Below are positions 25,537-31,755 of a stretch of 41,487 nt of DNA, piece after piece. The notes below the pieces were generated by a model that ran no database searches, was not told the origin of the DNA, and saw only the letters and a program-made list of their open reading frames with translations. The stretch is taken from the IMG/VR virus record IMGVR_UViG_3300022746_000007. The stretch is one strand, 5' to 3'. Both the position numbers and the translations under genes were made by a program. This DNA is from a virus. The stretch's first letter is position 1, and the number at the start of each line of letters is the position of its first letter.

Positions 25537-25878
25537 TCATATTACCTCAACTTCGATGTATCCACCAATGTTATTAGCTACTTCGATGACAATACGCTTA
25601 AAGCATTTGTCATTTACCCCTAAAGCATCAGCCATACCATCTAATCCAGACTTGATAGATGCCAGCATATTGTCTAAGTCCATGTGTCTATTGTTGGGTT
25701 TGTAAAAGGTAATCTGCAATGCTTTGTAATCATCTCTGACTGGGTAATCAACCATTGCTGCCTTGGTATGGTAATAGCACTCTAGTCTGTATCGTTTCTT
25801 GAACTGAGCTTTGTTTAGGTAATGCTTAGAAGAGTTAGGACTAAGTTCTTTAGGATACCAAGGGAATGTAATAATCAT
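25537..25878 (-). CDS. rusA: RusA-family Holliday junction resolvase
   Basis: 113 aa; HMDLDNMLASIKSGLDGMADALGVNDKCF matches the RusA D.DN..K...D......DD motif. Confidence 0.7.
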   Translation of the reverse strand: MIITFPWYPKELSPNSSKHYLNKAQFKKRYRLECYYHTKAAMVDYPVRDDYKALQITFYKPNNRHMDLDNMLASIKSGLDGMADALGVNDKCFKRIVIEVANNIGGYIEVEVI

Positions 25879-25930
25879 TTATATACCATTAATCATTCTT
25901 TATATTAATTAATATACTATATATTAACTA

Positions 25931-26160
25931 CTATTCCCCTATCTGCTCTTTCGGTGAACGAACCTAGCCTACCTAGATTCGCCTTAATCTGCTCCATCGG
26001 AGTTACAGAACCCGTCAGTCTTGCGTTGAATCGGCACTAACTTCGCCACCGATATGTGTCCTGTCACATCAACTACCCCCAGTAGGACTATTCGCTTTAG
26101 CACCCTGATATGTCGTTAGAGCCTCGATGCTAAACCTAACTGGATGTGGCACAAATAAAA
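25931..26160 (-). ncRNA. GC-rich non-coding island: candidate structured RNA or leader upstream of rusA (orientation tentative)
   Basis: By hand count about 50% G+C over 25941-26150 against about 12% in the adjacent 50 nt. Stops in all plus frames. C exceeds G on the plus strand (62 vs 42), so the minus-strand transcript is G-rich. Local stems: tcggtg/caccga (25951-56 / 26047-52), atgtg...cacat (26053-57 / 26065-69), ccagtagg/cctaactgg (26079-86 / 26135-43). Confidence 0.3.
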
Positions 26161-26382
26161 AAAGACTACTAAAATCTGTCATTTCTATTGGCTTAACACT
26201 ATGTAAATACTCTGACCTATACTTACATAGTGCGAAATAACAGACTTCAATAGTCTTCGCTGTCAGATTATTACACCTGAACGCCACATTCAGTAATTGC
26301 ATTGTAGGACAATATTTATAGAAATACAAGCTTTTCGTACAAATACTTGCTATTGTCATAATTATCGTTAAAAATCATATAT

Positions 26383-26802
26383 ATGAGAATTAGGCAAGTG
26401 GATACTATCTTTGAAAAGCACATCCTAGCATTAACTAGGCTGCATGAATTATGCTTTCCATCCGATGATATGCCTGATTTCAAGAAAGGTTACTGGTGGA
26501 TTGCCTATGATGATTCTGAGCCAGTTGGATTCTGTGGGCTAACTCATGTTCAATCTTGGGATTCAGCAGGATACCTTAATCGTGGTGGAATGATTCGTAC
26601 TCATCGTGGAAAAGGTATGCAACGCAGAATGATTAATGTCAGAGTAAATAAAGCTAGGAAAGTAGGATGGTCTTGGTTAATATCTGCTACTAGAGAGAAT
26701 ATTCCATCATCTAATAATCTAATAGCTTGTGGGTTTAAGCTATATAACCCTAATTATGAATGGCTAGACGGTCATTCTCTATACTGGATAAAGAAAATCT
26801 AA
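26383..26802 (+). CDS. GNAT-family N-acetyltransferase (139 aa)
   Basis: GMIRTHRGKGMQRRMI matches GNAT motif A (R-x-x-G-x-G); the C-terminal ACGFKLY is typical. Confidence 0.7.
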   Translation: MRIRQVDTIFEKHILALTRLHELCFPSDDMPDFKKGYWWIAYDDSEPVGFCGLTHVQSWDSAGYLNRGGMIRTHRGKGMQRRMINVRVNKARKVGWSWLISATRENIPSSNNLIACGFKLYNPNYEWLDGHSLYWIKKI

Positions 26803-27800
26803 TGCCTATCAAAGTATCTAATGAAGAATTCATTGCTACATGGACTGAATTAGGAAGTCCTCAAGCTGTTGCTAACGCACTCAGTCTAGATATTCGAGGG
26901 GTGTACTACAGGCGTAACAAATTAATTGCTCTAGGCTTTGATTTGCCTACTACCAATAAGGCTGGCAATACAGTTGCAATAGAAAAGCAATTGCTTAAAG
27001 ATAAACTAGAAAAGAGATTGACTGCTGTAAGACATTCAGCCAGAAGAGGAACTATTTTAGAAAAGGGTAGAGTATTGGTATTCAGCGATGCTCATTTCTA
27101 TCCTGATGATGAGACTACAGCCTATAGAGCATTGCTAGAGTGCATTAAAGAATATAAGCCAGAGATTATTGTTGCCAATGGTGACTTATTCGATGGAGCA
27201 TCGATTAGTAGACATCCACGCATCGGATGGGACAGCAAGCCTACTGTAAAGCAGGAATTAGAAGCTGTTGAGTATCACCTTACTAAGATTGAAGAAAACA
27301 GCCGATTTAAGTCCAATCTTATTTGGACATTAGGCAATCATGATGCCCGATATGAAACCTATTTGGCAGCCAACGCTCCTCAATATGAAGGAGTAATGAA
27401 CTTCTCCCTTAAAAACCATTTCCCTTTATGGCAGCCATGCTATAGCTATTGGATTAATGACGATACAGTTATTAAACACTCATGGAAGGGTGGTTTTAAC
27501 GCAGGTAGAGCCAATGCTTTAAATGCTGGTGTCAATATGATTACAGGGCATACGCATAATATGTCCTATATGCCGATAAGTGATTACCGAGGAACAAGGT
27601 ATGGTATTCAGACAGGTATGTTGGCTAATCCAGATGGAGAGCAATTCTTAGACTACACGCAAGATGGTGTTAAGGATTGGCGTAGTGGATTTGTGATGCT
27701 TACATTTGAAAAAGGACAGCTACTTCTACCAGAGTTTGTACAAGTTGTAGATGAGATAGAAGGAACTGTCCAGTTTCGAGGGAAAATCTACGCTGTTTAG
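26802..27800 (+). CDS. Calcineurin-like metallophosphoesterase with an N-terminal HTH-like domain (332 aa)
   Basis: SDAHF, NGDLFDG, LGNHD and GHTH motifs in the canonical order. N-terminus SPQAVANALSLDIRGVYYRRNKL is HTH-like. The ATG overlaps the GNAT stop (TAATG). Confidence 0.7.
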   Translation: MPIKVSNEEFIATWTELGSPQAVANALSLDIRGVYYRRNKLIALGFDLPTTNKAGNTVAIEKQLLKDKLEKRLTAVRHSARRGTILEKGRVLVFSDAHFYPDDETTAYRALLECIKEYKPEIIVANGDLFDGASISRHPRIGWDSKPTVKQELEAVEYHLTKIEENSRFKSNLIWTLGNHDARYETYLAANAPQYEGVMNFSLKNHFPLWQPCYSYWINDDTVIKHSWKGGFNAGRANALNAGVNMITGHTHNMSYMPISDYRGTRYGIQTGMLANPDGEQFLDYTQDGVKDWRSGFVMLTFEKGQLLLPEFVQVVDEIEGTVQFRGKIYAV

Positions 27801-27803
27801 TGC

Positions 27804-28010
27804 TCACTCGCTTTCTTTAAATGGCTTTACATTCTCCCAACTGCTACCTTTTTGACCAACCTCATTACTGTTGGTGCATTTATTTAAATGATTGGTAGCT
27901 TTAGGACATCTTTTATTTCCACAATCAGGGCATAAAATCATTCGCATACTTATCCAATCAGATATTGAATTAGGTCTGCAAGTTTCACACCAACAATCTT
28001 TGGGGTTCAT
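27804..28010 (-). CDS. Cys-rich small protein (68 aa, CGNKRCP-type)
   Basis: CWCETC...LCPDCGNKRCPKATNHLNKCTNSNEVGQKGS; ATGA coupling with the upstream gene. Confidence 0.55.
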   Translation of the reverse strand: MNPKDCWCETCRPNSISDWISMRMILCPDCGNKRCPKATNHLNKCTNSNEVGQKGSSWENVKPFKESE

Positions 28011-28348
28011 TTCTCACTCGCTTTCTTTAGTATTGCTCTAGCAAAATCAATAATGCTATCTAATGAATTCCAAGTTTGAATATGCTGAACAATAAGTTGT
28101 TTTATTTCCTCATCACTTAACTCTCTTGGTGCTTGCCATAAGACCTCTTGCACTTGATGTTCTTCATTAGTCAGAGTAACTGCAACTACCTTACCTTGCT
28201 CATCTTTGACGATTGTTGGCATTAGCTCTATTGGTGTAGTGAAAAGTGGTTTTAATGTTCCCATGTCATAAGAAGCAGGTGGACTGCTTGAAAATACATT
28301 TATAAATGGGTATGTGTCATACATCCATGCAACAGGTTCTTGTTTCAT
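28007..28348 (-). CDS. MKQEPVAW...KKASEK family paralogue 1 (113 aa)
   Basis: Shares the N-terminal MKQEPVAW, the central APRELS.EEI and the C-terminal ILKKASEK with 28539..28781. Confidence 0.6.
   Translation of the reverse strand: MKQEPVAWMYDTYPFINVFSSSPPASYDMGTLKPLFTTPIELMPTIVKDEQGKVVAVTLTNEEHQVQEVLWQAPRELSDEEIKQLIVQHIQTWNSLDSIIDFARAILKKASEK
28013..28029. repeat. Gene-junction repeat ctcactcgctttcttta. Copies at 27803-27819, 28013-28029, 28351-28367 and 28545-28561; the last three extend to a 25-nt identity catttctcactcgctttctttagta
   Basis: Read directly. On the minus strand it encodes ...KKASEK, the stop codon and the overlapping ATG of the next gene. Confidence 0.9.
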
Positions 28349-28542
28349 TTCTCACTCGCTTTCTTTAGTAGTTCTTGGTCATCAGCAAAAGCAAGCCAAC
28401 CATGAACCATGTTATATGTTAATTTTGCTTTTCTTAACCAAACCCAACCAACAAATAAACATCTTGGTTCATGTAGTTTTCCTGTTGGGTAATGAATTTC
28501 TACTAAAGGTCTAGGCATTAAGCAAAAAACAGTTTTTGTCAT
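28345..28542 (-). CDS. Small protein sharing only the LLKKASEK C-terminus (65 aa)
   Basis: ATGA coupling on both sides; the same 25-nt 3-prime junction as its neighbours. Confidence 0.5.
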   Translation of the reverse strand: MTKTVFCLMPRPLVEIHYPTGKLHEPRCLFVGWVWLRKAKLTYNMVHGWLAFADDQELLKKASEK

Positions 28543-28781
28543 TTCTCACTCGCTTTCTTTAGTATGTTATTGGCGAATTCTTTAAACCATTTGTTATGAG
28601 GAACAAAATCAGGAGTAGCACCATCAGGCATACAATCTTCAATTTCTTCCATGCTTAACTCTCTTGGTGCGGTGTAGAGTGGAATCATTTTGCTTTTTGT
28701 TTCATCATCAAGCATTAGGTTTTCATCATTCATATATAAAAACCCTGAGCCATCAGTCCATGCAACAGGTTCTTGTTTCAT
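28539..28781 (-). CDS. MKQEPVAW...KKASEK family paralogue 2 (80 aa from the coupled ATG)
   Basis: The ATG at 28781 overlaps the upstream stop (ATGA) and gives the same MKQEPVAW start as paralogue 1. Confidence 0.6.
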   Translation of the reverse strand: MKQEPVAWTDGSGFLYMNDENLMLDDETKSKMIPLYTAPRELSMEEIEDCMPDGATPDFVPHNKWFKEFANNILKKASEK

Positions 28782-29041
28782 TCGTTGCACCTTTCAACCA
28801 AAGCAAGATACCCAACAGAATCAACTAATGAATCATGATGGTCAGGACTATTAGCAAGTCTAGCTACCTTCAATAATGTCATCATTAATGCGACATCTTG
28901 TGCTGTTAGCGTAGCTACATTTCTTGATTGAATATATGCAGTCCACATTACTGCAATAACTTCTAGATTCTTTGATGGGTGTCCATAGGTTTTCTCCCTG
29001 TCACCATAAATAATCTCTTTTGCTTCATCTAAAATACTCAT
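28778..29041 (-). CDS. Conserved phage helical protein (87 aa; resembles the family I recall as DUF6378)
   Basis: GDREKTYGHPSKNLEVIAVMW...LTAQDVALMMTLLKVARLANSPDHHDSLVDSVGYLAL pattern. Confidence 0.4.
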   Translation of the reverse strand: MSILDEAKEIIYGDREKTYGHPSKNLEVIAVMWTAYIQSRNVATLTAQDVALMMTLLKVARLANSPDHHDSLVDSVGYLALVERCNE

Positions 29042-29400
29042 GCTTGCTCCTGTGATTGTGCTAATTTGTAATGTGATTTAGTTGTAGTTGAATAGTAATT
29101 CTCTACAAATTTACCATCAATATCGGTAATCCAATTCTGAGGAAGATAAACATATTTAAGTTCTGATTTATCTAATTTTGCTTCAATATCCGTAGCTTTT
29201 CTGAGATAGCGAACAAATGGTTTATTGCTAATTTTTAATTCTACTATCTTAGCCATTTCATGAATGACTTTAATTTGAGAATATTTTTTTGGATATCTTT
29301 TATGTAATCGTTCATTACCATTTGATACTGAACCTAGTAAAGAACCATCATCTCTTTTTTTGACTTTAATAGTAAAGCCTTTAAATACTGCTGTTTTCAT
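29038..29400 (-). CDS. Hypothetical basic protein (120 aa)
   Basis: ORF with ATGA overlap to the downstream gene. Confidence 0.5.
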   Translation of the reverse strand: MKTAVFKGFTIKVKKRDDGSLLGSVSNGNERLHKRYPKKYSQIKVIHEMAKIVELKISNKPFVRYLRKATDIEAKLDKSELKYVYLPQNWITDIDGKFVENYYSTTTKSHYKLAQSQEQA

Positions 29401-29428
29401 GTTATGTCCTATGTTATGTTGTAAAAGT

Positions 29429-29554
29429 GGCAGGTAATGTAGATTGATACCCTGCCTGTATCTTAGAAAGGTCTGATAGCCCTGAAAATTTTATGACCCC
29501 GAGCTATCAGTCACAAATAAACTTTGCATCTACAAGGTTTATCGTTTATTTGTG
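29429..29554 (-). promoter_or_regulatory. Cluster of three inverted repeats in a 155-bp intergenic gap
   Basis: ggcagg/cctgcc (29429-34 / 29451-56); ctgatagc/gctatcag (29473-80 / 29503-10); cacaaataaac/gtttatttgtg (29512-22 / 29544-54), with an alternative partner gtttat at 29537-42. Confidence 0.45.
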
Positions 29555-29555
29555 T

Positions 29556-29702
29556 TTATAATTTAGGGGTCTGCTTTATATTCTTATTTGGACAATTTCT
29601 GCCCTGATTACAGTCATGATTGCAACATTTTTCTTTCTTTGGAAAGATTTTGTCCCAATTATTTCTGTAGTCATTAGTAGTCTTCTTTTGTTTTTCATTC
29701 AT
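29556..29702 (-). CDS. Cys-rich mini-protein (48 aa, ...KCCNHDCNQGRNCPNK...)
   Basis: Below the cutoff; the ATG directly follows the upstream stop (TAAATG). Confidence 0.45.
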   Translation of the reverse strand: MNEKQKKTTNDYRNNWDKIFPKKEKCCNHDCNQGRNCPNKNIKQTPKL

Positions 29703-29819
29703 TTAATTATTCTCTGCACAAGTTCTACATATCCATTTATATGTTAATCTGTCTTTGCTTACAACACGCTTACCAGTTAATTTATTTTTTTTCTGCTTAC
29801 AGTTATCACAAATTCTCAT
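29703..29819 (-). CDS. Zinc-ribbon mini-protein (38 aa, MRICDNCKQ...WICRTCAENN)
   Basis: Below the cutoff; two CxxC pairs; starts 14 nt inside the end of the Ref-like gene. Confidence 0.45.
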   Translation of the reverse strand: MRICDNCKQKKNKLTGKRVVSKDRLTYKWICRTCAENN

Positions 29820-30081
29820 TAAGTAATCTCATCGTTTCTTCAAGTAATTCTTCTTCGGTGACCAAGTAAATTTTCTCGAAAGCTTTTCTACCAAGTCCAT
29901 GTATTCCTGTGTTACCAGTATGGTGTTCTGGACACAATGGGATGACTGGAGCGAGACTTCTTTTACCCCCTCTTCGAATGTGGTGCAAGTGAGGGGGTGT
30001 TTCTCCGTATCCAAGATGTCTGCACAATGAGCATCCAAGCCTTGCAACTTTATCATTATGTTCTCTTTCCGCTTTATTCAA
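29806..30081 (-). CDS. Ref-like RecA-dependent HNH nuclease (91 aa)
   Basis: VARLGCSLCRHLGYGETPPHLHHIRRGG...VIPLCPEHHTGNTGIHGLGRKAFEKIY matches the P1 Ref-family pattern. Confidence 0.65.
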   Translation of the reverse strand: MNKAEREHNDKVARLGCSLCRHLGYGETPPHLHHIRRGGKRSLAPVIPLCPEHHTGNTGIHGLGRKAFEKIYLVTEEELLEETMRLLNENL

Positions 30082-30508
30082 TTTTAGTTATTTTGATAGC
30101 ATATTTAAACAACAAATCTTTTTTGATGAGGTATGCTTTTTTAGAAGCTGTATCACCTTTACCTACAAACTCAGCATACTTTAAATTATTCTCAAAGATG
30201 CAATAAACAATGTCCATAGGTGTAAACCATGCCAATACATTGCCATCTGTAATCACCCAATATGTTGCAGTAGTAGTCATCAATGCAGAACGCTTACCAT
30301 TCATTTCAAACTCGATGACAATGTTTCCAGTCTGATTACTTTTATTATCAAACTTTACTTCAACAGATTGCTTTGTCTCTGGAATCCAGATGTCATAGCC
30401 CTTGAAAGCATTAATAAGAGATGCAGACGGATATTTCTTCCGTATCTCTTTTAATACTTGCATTTCAGTTTCCTGTCCTGCAATTAGGCTAGTCTCAAAA
30501 TCACTCAT
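30074..30508 (-). CDS. PD-(D/E)XK nuclease-fold protein candidate (144 aa)
   Basis: GYDIWIP...SVEVKFD gives a D...E-x-K arrangement; first gene of the minus-strand block. Confidence 0.35.
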   Translation of the reverse strand: MSDFETSLIAGQETEMQVLKEIRKKYPSASLINAFKGYDIWIPETKQSVEVKFDNKSNQTGNIVIEFEMNGKRSALMTTTATYWVITDGNVLAWFTPMDIVYCIFENNLKYAEFVGKGDTASKKAYLIKKDLLFKYAIKITKIE

Positions 30509-30548
30509 TCATAGAGTATGACATAGGTAAAAAGATATTGCACCATCA

Positions 30549-30565
30549 ATTTCATGATGTGAAAT
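30549..30565. promoter_or_regulatory. Palindrome atttca-tgatg-tgaaat in the divergent intergenic region (operator candidate)
   Basis: Read directly; the 132-bp gap between divergent operons must hold both promoters. Confidence 0.25.
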
Positions 30566-30640
30566 AGTTAAAAATAATTGTTTACTTCTATTGTCAGGTT
30601 CAATTAATCTTCGTATTCCATAATTAAATAAAGGATAAAA

Positions 30641-30865
30641 ATGTTAAGTGAATCAGAACAAACAATGCTGAGATTGGCTGCAAGAAGTGTAGACCATCCT
30701 GACTTTGGCAAAACCAATAAAAAGCTTGAAGATATTATAAAAGGTATTAAACTACTAAACCCTTCAGCGTTTGTATCAACAAAAAAGGAATTGGCTAATA
30801 GAAGATTTTTTCACAAGCCAGACGCAATTACACCATTCAAATCTTATGTAGAGGAAAAAGTATGA
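30641..30865 (+). CDS. Hypothetical protein (74 aa)
   Basis: First ORF of the plus-strand replication block; AAAGGA RBS. Confidence 0.5.
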   Translation: MLSESEQTMLRLAARSVDHPDFGKTNKKLEDIIKGIKLLNPSAFVSTKKELANRRFFHKPDAITPFKSYVEEKV

Positions 30866-31041
30866 GCCAAATTAAAGTAGCTAAAGCATATTTAATTATG
30901 ATAATGGAAGATGGTGACATGATGACTTTCCAACAAGATGCTTTATTGCCACAAACACAAAGCCATATTGATATTGAAATTAATATGTTAGAAGATTTAT
31001 TAAAAAATGAAGCAATCATTCACGGAGATAACGATGAGTAA
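30862..31041 (+). CDS. Hypothetical acidic protein (59 aa, MSQIKVAKAYLIMIMEDGDMMTFQQDALLP...)
   Basis: Below the cutoff; ATGA overlap upstream and ATGAGTAA overlap with ssb downstream. Confidence 0.5.
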   Translation: MSQIKVAKAYLIMIMEDGDMMTFQQDALLPQTQSHIDIEINMLEDLLKNEAIIHGDNDE

Positions 31042-31417
31042 CGATTTAAACCAATGTCAATTCATTGGAAGACTAGGTAAAGAACCAGAAGTTAGACAAT
31101 TACAATCAGGGGATTCAGTATGTAACTTTTCTCTTGCAGTTGGCTGGAAGTCTAAAGATAAAGAAGGCGTTGAATGGGTAAATATTACTGTCTTTGGTAA
31201 GTTGGCTGATATTTGCGGTAAGTATTTAAAGAAAGGCTCACAAGTTTTTGTATCAGGCAAATTCAAGACTGATAAATATACTGACAACAATGGCGTTGAA
31301 AGATATTCAACTAAGATTATGGCTAATGAAGTTCAATTTTTAGGTGGCAAGCCTAATAGTCAAGAAAGCCATGCTGCTCCAGCAGTTACTACTGACGATG
31401 ATGATATTCCATTCTGA
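31034..31417 (+). CDS. ssb: Single-stranded DNA-binding protein
   Basis: OB-fold pattern NQCQFIGRLGKEPEVR...W.NITVFGKLA and the canonical acidic C-terminal tip DDDDIPF. Start taken at the internal ATG (MSNDLNQ). Confidence 0.9.
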   Translation: MSNDLNQCQFIGRLGKEPEVRQLQSGDSVCNFSLAVGWKSKDKEGVEWVNITVFGKLADICGKYLKKGSQVFVSGKFKTDKYTDNNGVERYSTKIMANEVQFLGGKPNSQESHAAPAVTTDDDDIPF

Positions 31418-31419
31418 TT

Positions 31420-31755
31420 ATGACATTCGATACATCAATTGAACTATTAGAGGATTCTGCATTTCATGGATTCGATGTTGAAGAAGCCTATGAAAATGAA
31501 GTAGCTGAGAATAAGAGATTGAATGAACTTGTAGATGCTTTGACCTGCTCTGATTCTGATAAAGAAATTGTTAGATTAAACAATCAGGTTAAAGCTCTTG
31601 AGGGAAGACTATCTCAAGCTTTAACTACTGAAGCGGAAGCTATTAAACAGGTAAAGAGTAATAACAAACTATTAACCAATATCAAAAAGTTACTTGCTGT
31701 ACAAAACAATACAGAAATTCTACCTACATTAAAACATGGATATAAACCTTCGTGA
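31420..31755 (+). CDS. Hypothetical coiled-coil protein (111 aa)
   Basis: ORF between ssb and the helicase gene. Confidence 0.5.
   Translation: MTFDTSIELLEDSAFHGFDVEEAYENEVAENKRLNELVDALTCSDSDKEIVRLNNQVKALEGRLSQALTTEAEAIKQVKSNNKLLTNIKKLLAVQNNTEILPTLKHGYKPS

Noticed and set aside
25931-26160. Possible tRNA, tmRNA fragment or known riboswitch in the GC island (for example CACCGAAAGAGCAGAUAGGGG against the glycine riboswitch CACCGAAGGGGCAA, or CUAGGUUCG against ykkC)
   Set aside because: No cloverleaf with a T-loop GTTCRANYC and matching acceptor stem could be drawn. The riboswitch resemblances are short and lack the other conserved elements in the correct order.
26069-26359. 96-aa minus-strand ORF in the rusA-GNAT intergenic region
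   Set aside because: Cys/Phe/Tyr-rich odd composition and no RBS. It spans an AT-rich promoter-like stretch and only the edge of the GC island, so I treat it as non-coding.
29829-30206. ORFs 29829..30056 (-) and 29997..30206 (+)
   Set aside because: They are an alternative frame of, and antisense to, the Ref-like HNH gene, which carries the recognisable motif.
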